This document shows, in pieces, positions 19,153-28,965 of a stretch of 61,416 nucleotides of DNA (the stretch's first letter is position 1; each line of letters opens with the position of its first letter). The translations under genes were made by a program, and so were the position numbers. The DNA is taken from the NCBI GenBank assembly GCA_964491115.1, contig CAZBEW010000004.1, positions 1 to 61,416 of the forward strand, in the 5' to 3' direction. The DNA comes from an uncultured Pseudomonadales bacterium (GTDB taxonomy: Bacteria > Patescibacteriota > Microgenomatia > UBA1400 > PJMF01). The notes below the pieces were generated by a model. That model was not told where the DNA came from. It worked only from the letters and a program-made list of their open reading frames with translations, and searched no databases.

Positions 19153-20376
19153 ATGGGTTATAAGCGACACGCTATTATTGGTTTCTCTGTTCAAAGTTTG
19201 CAAAAGGTTTTTGTTTTTGTCATTAATTTTGTAAAAATTGTGGTTTTGGCTAGATTACTTAAGCCCAGTGATTTTGGACTTTTTTCTTTAGTCATGATTG
19301 CTCTAGGTTTAACTGAAAGTTTTACCCAAACTGGGATTAATACCACCATTGTTCAATCTAAAAAAGATATTAATTATTTCCTAGACACCGCCTGGGTGAT
19401 TGCTATTTTTCGGGGCTTGATCATTGGCTTAATTATGTGGCTATTAGCCTCATTTATGAGCAATTTTTATCAAGAAGAATTATTGTTACCGCTGATCAGG
19501 GCAGCAGCCTTGGTGCCAATTATTAAGGGTTTTATCAATCCAGCCATCGCTCAGTGGCAAAAAAACTTTAATTTTACTAAGGAAGGCTTATATCAAGTCC
19601 TTCATTTAGCAACTGAGCTCATCTCACAAATTATTTTAGTCATAATCTTAAAAACAGTCTGGGGCTTGGTTGCCGGCGTCATTTTTGCGGCCATCTTTGA
19701 GGTCTTTTTGTCATTCTTAATGAATAAAGAGCGCCCGCGATTTCACTACTATGTGAATCGCGGGCGCTATATTTTTAAAAATGCTAAGTCTTTGGCTTTG
19801 GCAAGTTTATTTTCTTATTTAAATGACAACGCTGATGATTTTGTGATTGGTAAATTGCTTAATTCTCATCAACTGGGTATTTATCATAATGCCTATTCCT
19901 TGAGTCATAAGGTCAATTATGAGCTTTCTAAGGCTGCTCACCATGGTTTAATGCCAGTTTTTGCCAATCTCCATCGAGAGCAAGAAGAGGCTCGTTTAAA
20001 ACAGGCTTTTAAAAAATCTATGTTTAGCACCCTGCTGATTACTTTGTTGCTTAGTCTACCTTTAATGATTTGGCCTGAATTTTTTGTAAAAGTGGTTTTG
20101 GGTGATCAATGGATAGAGGCTAGCCAAGTTTTGCCAGTTTTAATCCTCGCAGGCCTGGTCCACAGTGCTGTTAATATTGTTTATGCTTTCCTTATTGCTC
20201 AACAAAAATATTTCTCCATGAATTTGCATCTGGTTGTTTCTTTGATCTTAATGATGATAGCAATCTTTTTGCTGACTCCAACTTATGGCTTATTTGGTGC
20301 TTGTTTGGGCATCCTTATAGCCAGGGTTGTTAGCTTTCCTATCAGCCTAATTTCTCTAAAAAAGAAGGCATGCTAA
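19153..20376 (+). CDS. Polysaccharide flippase (Wzx/MOP family)
   Basis: About 12 TM segments, LARLLKPSDFGLF, GKLLNSHQLGIYHNAY. Confidence 0.85.
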   Translation: MGYKRHAIIGFSVQSLQKVFVFVINFVKIVVLARLLKPSDFGLFSLVMIALGLTESFTQTGINTTIVQSKKDINYFLDTAWVIAIFRGLIIGLIMWLLASFMSNFYQEELLLPLIRAAALVPIIKGFINPAIAQWQKNFNFTKEGLYQVLHLATELISQIILVIILKTVWGLVAGVIFAAIFEVFLSFLMNKERPRFHYYVNRGRYIFKNAKSLALASLFSYLNDNADDFVIGKLLNSHQLGIYHNAYSLSHKVNYELSKAAHHGLMPVFANLHREQEEARLKQAFKKSMFSTLLITLLLSLPLMIWPEFFVKVVLGDQWIEASQVLPVLILAGLVHSAVNIVYAFLIAQQKYFSMNLHLVVSLILMMIAIFLLTPTYGLFGACLGILIARVVSFPISLISLKKKAC

Positions 20377-21158
20377 TCAAAAATTTAAGCATCATTGTTT
20401 TAAATGATCGGCAAGATCAGCTTTTCCAACAATCTCTAATGAGTGTTGCTTTTGCCGAGCAAATAATTGTTGTAGATCAAGAAAGCGCTAATGATTGGCC
20501 AGCATTAGAAAAAAAATTAAAAAAACTTAATCCTGAGCTAAAATTTCGGCTAATTTTTAGAAAAAATCCCATCACTGATTTTGCTGATCTCCGCAACAAA
20601 ATGATTAAAAAAGTTAATACTCCCTGGTTAGTGTTTTTGGATAGTGATGAAATTTTGAGTCAAGAAAATTTAGAGCAGTTGCCACAACTGCTTAATAATG
20701 ATCAAGTGGATGCTTACCTGATCAAAAGAGTTGACTATTTTCACCAGCGACAACTTAATTTTGGTGAAACGGCTAATTATTATAGTCCGCGTCTGGCCAG
20801 AGTTAATTCTATTAAATATGATCGTCAAGTTCATGAAGTCGCGCACATTACTGGTCAAATTAAAAAAAGTAATTTAATTATTAAGCATTTCTCTCATCAA
20901 AATTTAGCAAATTTTCTGCTGAGCGTTAATCAATACGCCCAACTTGAAGCAGATTATCGCTTGGCCATGCAGATTCCTTACACAAAGAGCAAAATTATTT
21001 TACAAGGCATATTTTATCCAACGGGCAAATTTTTATTTAATTATTGGCTAAAATTGGGTTTTTTAGATGGCTTTGCTGGCTTATGTTATGCCTGGATGAT
21101 GAGTATTCATTCTTTACTAGTTAGAATTTATCTTTATGAAAAATATTTTCTTAATTAG
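20370..21158 (+). CDS. Glycosyltransferase family 2 (WaaE/KdtX-like)
   Basis: IIVVDQES, DFADLRN, FLDSDE, QVHE, FLDGFAG. Confidence 0.88.
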   Translation: MLIKNLSIIVLNDRQDQLFQQSLMSVAFAEQIIVVDQESANDWPALEKKLKKLNPELKFRLIFRKNPITDFADLRNKMIKKVNTPWLVFLDSDEILSQENLEQLPQLLNNDQVDAYLIKRVDYFHQRQLNFGETANYYSPRLARVNSIKYDRQVHEVAHITGQIKKSNLIIKHFSHQNLANFLLSVNQYAQLEADYRLAMQIPYTKSKIILQGIFYPTGKFLFNYWLKLGFLDGFAGLCYAWMMSIHSLLVRIYLYEKYFLN

Positions 21159-22254
21159 TCTTTTATTATTTATTGCTGGGGGAGAGTTGGGTAAAATTCA
21201 TCTCACAGCAGCAATAGCGGTTTATTTACACGATTTTTTACTAATTGCCTACTTATTATTTAATGTTAATAATTTAAAAAAAATTATTAAAAAGTTGAAA
21301 AAAATTAATAAAATTAATAAAAAAATACTTTTTCTATTAATTCTTAATGTTTTTTTGGCAATTAGCTACGCAATTTATCAAAATCGGCTCCAATTGACGA
21401 GTTTTTTATATATGGCTCGAGCTTTAGCCTATTTTTTATTTATTTTACTGTTAAAGCAAAATTTTAATAAGCAAAAAATTCTTAATGTCTTTTTGTCTGC
21501 CTCTTTCTTAATTTTAATTTTAGGTTTGTTGCAGTATTTTCTTCTACCAGATTTAACTAGTCTTTATCATTTGGGCTACGATGATCATTTTTATCGACTC
21601 GCTTCCACACTGCTTGATCCAAATTTCACTGGACTGATTCTAGTGTTTAATTGTTTATATTATTTTAAGCAAAAAAAACTTGATAAAAAGAATATTTTAT
21701 TGGCATTATTATTTTTAGTTGGCCTAGCATTAACTTACTCAAGAGCCAGTTATTTGAGTTTAATGCTGGCTAGCATCTATTTAATAATCAATAGTCAAAA
21801 AATCACTAAATTATTTATTGCTCTTTGCTTGGTTTTATTTGTTATCTTCATCCCCTTTTTACCCAAAAAAAGTGGGGGAGAAGGGGTAAATTTAACACGA
21901 GTTAGTTCAATTTCAGCAAGAATGACTAGTGCTCAACAATATTTAAGCAACAATCAGGGCCCAACTATTTTCTTTGGCCAAGGACCTTTTGCTCCTCAAT
22001 ATCAACTTAATCAAGAGGGCAACATTAGTCACGCGCGCTTTGCTGATAATTTCCTAATTTTTTTCTACAACGGTTTTGGAATTTTTGGTACTTCTTTGAT
22101 TTTACTTTTATTAATCAGAGAGTTTAAACGAGAGTGGGGACGCAAACAACATTGGCAAATCAGTCTATTAATTGCTCTACTTGTCCACAGTCTGTTTAAT
22201 AACAACATGACTCAAGCTATTACAGGCTTAACTTTTTGGGCTTTTTATCTTTAA
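21136..22254 (+). CDS. O-antigen ligase/Wzy_C-like membrane protein
   Basis: Multi-TM, RLASTLLDPNFTG, LTYSRAS, late H(A)...DN motif, VHSLFNN. Confidence 0.75.
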   Translation: MKNIFLISLLLFIAGGELGKIHLTAAIAVYLHDFLLIAYLLFNVNNLKKIIKKLKKINKINKKILFLLILNVFLAISYAIYQNRLQLTSFLYMARALAYFLFILLLKQNFNKQKILNVFLSASFLILILGLLQYFLLPDLTSLYHLGYDDHFYRLASTLLDPNFTGLILVFNCLYYFKQKKLDKKNILLALLFLVGLALTYSRASYLSLMLASIYLIINSQKITKLFIALCLVLFVIFIPFLPKKSGGEGVNLTRVSSISARMTSAQQYLSNNQGPTIFFGQGPFAPQYQLNQEGNISHARFADNFLIFFYNGFGIFGTSLILLLLIREFKREWGRKQHWQISLLIALLVHSLFNNNMTQAITGLTFWAFYL

Positions 22255-23015
22255 TTATTGAGAAATTTCACCTTAACCTCTAGTTCGCTTTGATTGCCAG
22301 CGCGATCAACGGCCACAAATCGTAAAAGATTGTCGCCTTCCTCTAGATAGTAAGTGCTAGTAAATTGGCCATTTTCATCAGCCAAAATTAACAAATCATT
22401 GAGATAAACTCTAGAAGATGCTTCTGTTTCACCAACAATACTCGTGTTGCGATTTCGTTTTAACTCTATGGTGCTGTTTGCTTTTGGCTCTGTTACGGTA
22501 ATGACTGGTGGCTCATCGTCGTAGACCAGTTGATAGGTCTTGCTTTGTAAGGATTCCGTGCCTGATTCATTTACCGCATATAAAGTTAATTGATTGTCAC
22601 CTTTTTCTAACTCTAACTGTTTGTTGAATTCTCCTTTTTCGCCAACTAATTCTTCTTCAACTTGCTGGCCATTTAAAATAAAAACTACTCTTGAATCTGG
22701 ATCAGCATAGCCCTGTAATTTTAACTGCGCACTAAAAGTTGCTTCTGGGGGTGCCTCAAATAAAACCGGTGCCTGTGGAGGTAAATCATTATTAATATTT
22801 GTGTCAGAATCTTTATCGATAAAATTAAAAAATAATTTAATTAAATTCGGCATAATTACGAAAAGAAACAGTAATAGCAAGACTATCGCCAAAAAAATGA
22901 AGAAAAAGGTTTGTTTACGCATCTCTTTTTCTTGTTTTTTTAATAAACGGGAATTGCCTCGATTACTTCGAGAGCCAATTTTATAAACAGAAGAATATCG
23001 ATTTGAGCTTGACAT
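22251..23015 (-). CDS. Membrane-anchored Ig-like (Big) domain protein
   Basis: Basic N-terminus, one TM, two beta-rich Ig-type segments (LEKGDNQLTLYAVNESG; LEEGDNLLRFVAVDRAGN). Confidence 0.7.
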   Translation of the reverse strand: MSSSNRYSSVYKIGSRSNRGNSRLLKKQEKEMRKQTFFFIFLAIVLLLLFLFVIMPNLIKLFFNFIDKDSDTNINNDLPPQAPVLFEAPPEATFSAQLKLQGYADPDSRVVFILNGQQVEEELVGEKGEFNKQLELEKGDNQLTLYAVNESGTESLQSKTYQLVYDDEPPVITVTEPKANSTIELKRNRNTSIVGETEASSRVYLNDLLILADENGQFTSTYYLEEGDNLLRFVAVDRAGNQSELEVKVKFLNN

Positions 23016-23065
23016 ATTAAATTATAAATTAAACTAAATTAATCATATCATAAAGTCGATTTATG

Positions 23066-23139
23066 AGCCAAAGGTGGGATTCGAACCCACGACCTGCGGT
23101 TTACGATACCGCTGCTCTAGCCAGCTGAGCTACTTTGGC
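23066..23139 (-). tRNA. tRNA-Thr(CGT)
   Basis: GCCAAAG/CTTTGGC acceptor, GCGGT-ATCGTAA-ACCGC anticodon arm, GGTTCGAATCC T arm; CCA not encoded. Confidence 0.93.
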
Positions 23140-23155
23140 TGTTCTGATTTTAGCG

Positions 23156-23226
23156 AGCGACCGAAGGGAGTCGAACCCTCACCTCAAGCTTGGGAAGCTC
23201 GCATTCTACCGCTGAACTACGGTCGC
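23156..23226 (-). tRNA. tRNA-Gly(CCC)
   Basis: GCGACCG/CGGTCGC acceptor, CGAGC-TTCCCAA-GCTTG, GGTTCGACTCC; CCA not encoded. Confidence 0.95.
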
Positions 23227-23309
23227 TGTTAACTTATTTTAACATTTTTTACTAATCTAATTGTTTTAATCTCTGCTTCTAGTTAATTTTACAATGATAC
23301 AATTAACTT

Positions 23310-25337
23310 GTGAAGAAAATTTTTAATATTCTTTCAAAGTATATTTTTCCAATTCAACTAATTTTAATAATATTTTTATCTATTTATGCATCGAGATCCT
23401 TATTAATTCAAAAGATTAATATACCTTATTTAGAAGACCTTTATGCGCATTCGCAATGGAGCTTACCCTTAAGCACGAGAATCATGTCGGACAGTGAGTT
23501 GTATCAAGTTGCTGGACACAGATTAATAAAAGGCAGTTCAGCTTTTTCAATTAATCCAGAAGTCCCACCTATTGCTAAGTATCTTTATGGATTGGGAATC
23601 ATTATTTTTAAAAATCCTTATGTAATTTCAACACTTTTGTATTTATTAGCTATCTTCTTGTTCGCAAAACTATCTTTTGCTGTTCTTAAAGACAAAAATC
23701 AAGCAAAAAGCTCAATTATTTTATTTTGTTTAAGCCCAATTCTAGTCAGTCAAATTGGCCAAACAATGCTTGATTTACCTCAACTAGTGTTTCTTCTAGC
23801 ACACCTGCTAGCCATAATCCACGCCAACAATGCTGACAATAATAAAAAATACATGCTCTTTTTAACATTATCGGGAATTTCCCTGGGATTATTTGCTACT
23901 AGTAAAATTCCAGTTGTGGTTTTGGCAATATTATTAGCAGATTTTTTATTTATAAAAAAATCTAAAAAAATTACTTCATTAATTTACATTACAATAATTA
24001 CTGGATTTGTCTATTTTCTTAGTTATGTTCCCACATTAATTATTCATCAAATATCTATTTTAAATTGGCTAAAAAATCAAAAATGGATGATTCATTTTTA
24101 CGCCTCGTCAGAACTTAAAAGTAATCCCTTATATTATTTATCAACTATTTTACTTGGGCAATTTAAGGGTATGTGGGAACACGCTACCTGGCAATATGTT
24201 CAAGAATGGACCATTTTATGGCCAATTTCCATATTGGCCGCCATTCTATTAAAAATAAAAACATTTGCAAAACAGCATTTTTCTAAAGAAATTACCTTTA
24301 TCAATAATTTAGCCCTAATAATTTTATTTATTTACTCATTCTTTCCATTTTGGAGTAGATATTTTTTATTAGTAATTCCTTTTTTAATCATTGTTTTAGT
24401 AAAAATGCTGGAAACTAAAAAAATAGCATTATCTTTATTAAAAATAATCTCTGTGGTCTGGTTGATAATTTTTTTCATACCTAGTCCACAAGCCACTATT
24501 CAAACCATTGAGGATAAATTTTCCAGTGGTAATTATCAAGATTTTTATCATGTAATAGAAACAGATGTCAACATTGATGAATTTTTTTCAATTCTAAAAA
24601 ATGTTGAAGTTAACACTCAATCAAAAAACATTTCATTAAAATTCGAAAAAGCAAAATTCAATCTTTTTAAACAAAATTATCAACTGGCGGTTGAAGCAAG
24701 CTACCCAACTCCCGTTGGAACTTATAAACAAGCATGCCTAATGAGCATGAGAAAAAAATTTAACCAATGGCAAGTCTTGTGGAATTGGGATTGTCTATAT
24801 CCCAATTTTCAACTTGGTGACAGACTAGAAACAACAATTGTTTATGCAAATCAAGGCACCCTATTTAATCAAGATGGCACTGTTTTATCCCAACAGGGCA
24901 ATCAAGACTTTGTGATGCTTAACACTAAATTGCTCAAAAGTGGAGATAATCAATTAACAAAAGATTTGGCAACAATGATGGGCACTGATGAACCCCAAAT
25001 GGAAAAATTAATTTTTATAGATTATAGAGGAACTGAAAAGCTGCCTATTGGATTCCTGCCTAAAAACACTTCTGAAACAATAATCAATAAACTCCAGGAA
25101 AATCCGGCTATTCTTTTTGAAAAAAGACCTGCGAGGGTTTATAACTCAAAGCTAGATTCACAAAATATTAGCAAAATCAAATCCCTAGAAAGCACATATC
25201 AAGAACTCCTGGGGAAAAATGGGGGAGAACTCAGTTATATTAGAGGTGAAACTTCAGAAGTGCTACTTCTTCAAGACAGCGTTAATGGGAGTAATGTTAT
25301 TTTAGAAAAAGATATATTTTCAACTCAAAATCAATAA
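23310..25337 (+). CDS. GT-C (ArnT/PMT-like) membrane glycosyltransferase fused to MecA_N/PBP-dimer-like fragment
   Basis: About 10 TM segments with NPEVPPIAKYLYG and MLDLP, then a soluble region with WQVLWNWDCLYPNF..GD..ANQGTLFNQDG resembling PBP2a-type N-terminal domains. No SxxK transpeptidase domain. Confidence 0.6.
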   Translation: MKKIFNILSKYIFPIQLILIIFLSIYASRSLLIQKINIPYLEDLYAHSQWSLPLSTRIMSDSELYQVAGHRLIKGSSAFSINPEVPPIAKYLYGLGIIIFKNPYVISTLLYLLAIFLFAKLSFAVLKDKNQAKSSIILFCLSPILVSQIGQTMLDLPQLVFLLAHLLAIIHANNADNNKKYMLFLTLSGISLGLFATSKIPVVVLAILLADFLFIKKSKKITSLIYITIITGFVYFLSYVPTLIIHQISILNWLKNQKWMIHFYASSELKSNPLYYLSTILLGQFKGMWEHATWQYVQEWTILWPISILAAILLKIKTFAKQHFSKEITFINNLALIILFIYSFFPFWSRYFLLVIPFLIIVLVKMLETKKIALSLLKIISVVWLIIFFIPSPQATIQTIEDKFSSGNYQDFYHVIETDVNIDEFFSILKNVEVNTQSKNISLKFEKAKFNLFKQNYQLAVEASYPTPVGTYKQACLMSMRKKFNQWQVLWNWDCLYPNFQLGDRLETTIVYANQGTLFNQDGTVLSQQGNQDFVMLNTKLLKSGDNQLTKDLATMMGTDEPQMEKLIFIDYRGTEKLPIGFLPKNTSETIINKLQENPAILFEKRPARVYNSKLDSQNISKIKSLESTYQELLGKNGGELSYIRGETSEVLLLQDSVNGSNVILEKDIFSTQNQ

Positions 25338-25415
25338 TCGTTAAATCATTAATCTCAAATAGGATAGCTAGTTTCTGAAAATAGTTGGGCAAATTTTTAA
25401 AAACAATAAAAACTT

Positions 25416-25492
25416 TGGCGACCCCGACCGGGCTCGAACCGGCGATCTTCTCCGTGACAGGGAGATATGTTAACCAACTACACCACAGGGCC
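25416..25492 (-). tRNA. tRNA-Asp(GTC)
   Basis: GGCCCTG acceptor, TCTCC-CTGTCAC-GGAGA, GGTTCGAGCC, ends GCCA (CCA encoded). Confidence 0.96.
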
Positions 25493-25610
25493 TTTTTAAT
25501 TTGCACCTGGATTATAAAAGGAAAATCATAAAACTGCAAGAAACAAGCGAAAAAAGTAAATTAATCGTATATAATAAAAATACATAATAGTTAAAACTGA
25601 AAGGAATTTA

Positions 25611-26189
25611 ATGCTTTATATCTTAATTCCCATCATTCTTATCGCTTTCTATGTTATGAGCGTTTTTAATGGCCTGCAACGTCTTAAAACACAAATTAAA
25701 GCCAGCATTCAGGAAATTGGTAACCAGTTAAAACGTCAGTCTGGTTTAATTCCAAGCCTTGAAAGCACTGTTAAGGGTCAACTTAAACACGAGCAGGGTA
25801 TTTATCAAATGTTGACAGATGCTCGCAAGTCCACGCTTAAGGCTGAACAAACTGGCAACAGCAAGGACATTACTCAAGCCATTGACGACATTCAGAAGGT
25901 TATTCCTCAAATTCAGGTGGTGCTTGAAAGTAATCCAGAACTCAAAGCTAATGAAGCTATTAAAAAGTTTATGGATGAGCTCACCGACACCGCTGATAAA
26001 TTAAGCTATGCTAGAAGAAGCGTGATCGATTTATCACAGTCTTACAACGAAAAATTGGTGGTCTTTCCATCAAACATTGTGGCCAATTTATTTGGATTCA
26101 AAGCTGAAAAAGGTTTAGAAACTCCAATGACTGGCGAACATGTTACGGTTGCAGAAGAGGAAATGAAGACTCCAAAAGTGGATCTTTAA
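25611..26189 (+). CDS. lemA: LemA family protein
   Basis: N-terminal TM, QLKRQSGLIP, ESNPELKAN, YN...FPSNIVANLFGF. Confidence 0.92.
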   Translation: MLYILIPIILIAFYVMSVFNGLQRLKTQIKASIQEIGNQLKRQSGLIPSLESTVKGQLKHEQGIYQMLTDARKSTLKAEQTGNSKDITQAIDDIQKVIPQIQVVLESNPELKANEAIKKFMDELTDTADKLSYARRSVIDLSQSYNEKLVVFPSNIVANLFGFKAEKGLETPMTGEHVTVAEEEMKTPKVDL

Positions 26190-26239
26190 TTCTGAGCAAT
26201 AGCATTACAAAAATATTCAATTGAGAGGATTGTCTGTTT

Positions 26240-27160
26240 ATGACTCATTATCAGTTAGTTGCTAAAAATAAAGCTCGATCTGTAGCAGTCATGGTCGGTT
26301 TTGTCTTATTTGTGCTTGTGACTAGCTATGTTATTGCGCGTGCTTTTGATTACCCTCTGTCTATGGTGGGCACAGCTTTCATTGTTGCTGGAATGAGCAC
26401 TTTCTTTTCATATTTTTTTTCCGATAGAATCGTCCTAACAATCTCGGGAGCTAAACCGGCTAATCGCCAAGAACACTTTGACTTCTACACTATTACTGAA
26501 AATATTGTAAACAGTCAAAGATTGCCCATGCCCAAGCTTTACGTCATCGAGGATAGCGCGATGAATGCCTTTGCTACTGGCCGAAATCCTAGCCACGCCG
26601 TGGTTTGTGCCACTACTGGTTTATTGGCTAGACTAAACCGCAGCGAACTTGAAGGGGTAATTGCTCATGAGATTAGCCATATCAAAAATTATGACATTTT
26701 ATTAATGTCAATTGTTTCTGTCCTAGTTGGCTTAATTGCTTTGTTGGGTGACTGGGTTATGCGCGGTTCAGTGTATGGTCCAATGCGAAACAATAATAAA
26801 AAAGATGGGGAACGCAGTCAGCTAGATATTATTATGTTTTTTGTCGCCATAGTCATGGCTTTGTTGGCACCAATTATTAGCAAACTAATCAAGCTAGCTC
26901 TTTCTCGGCGTTATGAATTTTTAGCTGATGCTAACGCCGCTGCCATAACCAAAAATCCTGAGGGACTAGCTAAAGCCTTAATTAAAATTAGCCAAGATCA
27001 AGAACCTTTAGAAGCAGCTAATAAAGCCACTGCTCATTTATATATTAGCGACCCTCTAAAAAATAGTCGTGGCGGAGTCGCTGCTTTCAAAAATTTATTT
27101 CAAACTCATCCACCCGTGGCTGAGCGAGTTCAGGCTCTCAGAGCCATCAGTATTAAATAG
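26240..27160 (+). CDS. htpX: M48 zinc metalloprotease HtpX
   Basis: NAFATGRNP, ELEGVIAHEISH (HExxH), RYEFLAD, THPPVAERV. Confidence 0.94.
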   Translation: MTHYQLVAKNKARSVAVMVGFVLFVLVTSYVIARAFDYPLSMVGTAFIVAGMSTFFSYFFSDRIVLTISGAKPANRQEHFDFYTITENIVNSQRLPMPKLYVIEDSAMNAFATGRNPSHAVVCATTGLLARLNRSELEGVIAHEISHIKNYDILLMSIVSVLVGLIALLGDWVMRGSVYGPMRNNNKKDGERSQLDIIMFFVAIVMALLAPIISKLIKLALSRRYEFLADANAAAITKNPEGLAKALIKISQDQEPLEAANKATAHLYISDPLKNSRGGVAAFKNLFQTHPPVAERVQALRAISIK

Positions 27161-27201
27161 CTGAATTACTTCTAAAAAAATTGCTAAATTCTGCTAAACT
27201 A

Positions 27202-27525
27202 ATGCCTATTGTGTCAAAAAAAATTGTTAGTAAAGACCAGGTTAAACATATAGCTCAACTAGCTAATATTCCTATTAGTGAAAGTGAAAGTCAGCAGTTG
27301 GCTAAAGATTTTGCCCAAACTTTAACTGTGGTAGATCAATTAAAAACAGCCGATGTGGCTGAGCTATCAGGCACCCATCAGGTCACTGGTTTTAAAAATA
27401 TTACCAGAGAAGATATTGTCGATGAAAGCCTCAGTTTTACCCAAGAAGAAGCGCTGGCTAACGCCAGGGGACAACAAGATGGTTATTTTCTTGTTCCTCA
27501 GGTCTTAAACAGCGAAGACAAGTAG
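27202..27525 (+). CDS. gatC: Asp/Glu-tRNA amidotransferase subunit C
   Basis: HIAQLANI, REDIV, GYFLVPQVL, upstream of gatA. Start set at ATG 27202. Confidence 0.88.
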   Translation: MPIVSKKIVSKDQVKHIAQLANIPISESESQQLAKDFAQTLTVVDQLKTADVAELSGTHQVTGFKNITREDIVDESLSFTQEEALANARGQQDGYFLVPQVLNSEDK

Positions 27526-27585
27526 ATATTAAACAGCGAGGACAAGTAAACATTAAACGGCAAAAACAATTAAATCGGAAAAATA
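27505..27585. repeat. Decaying tandem duplication of the gatC 3' end
   Basis: Units start at 27505, 27529, 27553 (24-bp period) and 27570: ttaaacagcgaagacaagtag / ttaaacagcgaggacaagtaa / ttaaacggcaaaaacaa / ttaaatcggaaaaataa. Confidence 0.85.
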
Positions 27586-28965
27586 ATGACTTTAAATCAA
27601 TTAACCCTTCAAGAAGCACTAGCTGGTCTCAAGGCTGGTTCATTAGACATCAGTGATTTATATCGCGACTTAAATGATGCCATAGAAAAGCAAAAGTCTT
27701 ACAACATTTATTTACAACTCAATCCACAGGCAGAAGAAGAGGCTAAACAACTACAAGACACTCAATTAAAAGGTTTGCCAATTGCTGTGAAAGATAATTT
27801 TTGTAGTAAAAAATTAGCAACTACTGCAGCTTCAAAAGTTTTAGAAAATTTTATTCCACAATATGAATCAACTGTTAGCGAACGCTTACAAAAAGCTGGC
27901 GGAGTCATTATTGGAAAAAGTAATTTAGATGCTTGGGCTCACGGTTCCTCGACTGAAACCAGTGATTTTGGACCCAGCCTCAATCCACGCAACCCTGATT
28001 ACCTACCAGGTGGCTCATCGGGTGGTAGTGCTGCTGCGGTGGCCGCTGATCTATGTTTAGCAGCGATCGGCAGTGAAACAGCTGGTTCTATTAGACAGCC
28101 GGCTGCTTGGTGCGGCACAGTTGGCTTAAAACCAAGTTATGGACGGGTCAGTCGCTTTGGCGTGGTAGCTATGGCCTCATCAACTGATAGTCCAGGAGTT
28201 TTATCCAAAACGGTCGAGGATGCTTGTCTCGTCTTAAACACTATTGCTGGACCAGATGCACGAGATGCAACTTGTAATCAAGAGCCAACTCCAGATTTCA
28301 CTAAATTTTTAGATCAAGATATTAGGGGTTTAAAAATCGGCTTAATTTATCATGATGTTCAAGGCGTTGAAGAAGCCAATGAAAAATTAGCCCAGGAATT
28401 AGCCGTCTTAAGTCAACTCGGAGCCAAAATAGAAAAAGCCCAAGCACTTGATCCACATAATGCCATTGGCGTCTACACCGTGGTTCAGCGAGCCGAGGTT
28501 AGTAGTAATTTGGCTCGCTATGATGGCATCCGCTATGGTCGAGATCGCTCCTATTTTGGAGCTGAAGCTAAAAGAAGAATTATGCTCGGCACTTATACCT
28601 TGTCAAAGGGTTATGCCGATCAATATTACAATCTGGCACAAAAAGTCCGCACACAATATTTAAATGATTTTACCCAACTGTTTAAGAAATATGACGTTTT
28701 GGTCAGTCCAACTTCACCGGGTTATGCAAAAAAAATTGGTGCTTCAGCTAATTCTGCCATGTTTGGAGAATTAGAGGATATGCTGCTTGAAGCAAGTTCA
28801 GTGAGTGGTTTGCCAGGCATCAATGTGCCTTACTATCGAGATCCTCAAACTAATTTATTTTTAGGAGCCAATTTTGTCGCACCTATGTGGCGAGAAGATC
28901 TGGTAATAAAAGTGGCAGATGCCTTTGAAAAAAATAGCAAATGGAATACTTGGAGAAATCGTTAA
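27586..28965 (+). CDS. gatA: Asp/Glu-tRNA amidotransferase subunit A
   Basis: IAVKDN, PGGSSGGSAAAV, GSETAGSIRQPA, EAKRRIMLGTY. Confidence 0.97.
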   Translation: MTLNQLTLQEALAGLKAGSLDISDLYRDLNDAIEKQKSYNIYLQLNPQAEEEAKQLQDTQLKGLPIAVKDNFCSKKLATTAASKVLENFIPQYESTVSERLQKAGGVIIGKSNLDAWAHGSSTETSDFGPSLNPRNPDYLPGGSSGGSAAAVAADLCLAAIGSETAGSIRQPAAWCGTVGLKPSYGRVSRFGVVAMASSTDSPGVLSKTVEDACLVLNTIAGPDARDATCNQEPTPDFTKFLDQDIRGLKIGLIYHDVQGVEEANEKLAQELAVLSQLGAKIEKAQALDPHNAIGVYTVVQRAEVSSNLARYDGIRYGRDRSYFGAEAKRRIMLGTYTLSKGYADQYYNLAQKVRTQYLNDFTQLFKKYDVLVSPTSPGYAKKIGASANSAMFGELEDMLLEASSVSGLPGINVPYYRDPQTNLFLGANFVAPMWREDLVIKVADAFEKNSKWNTWRNR

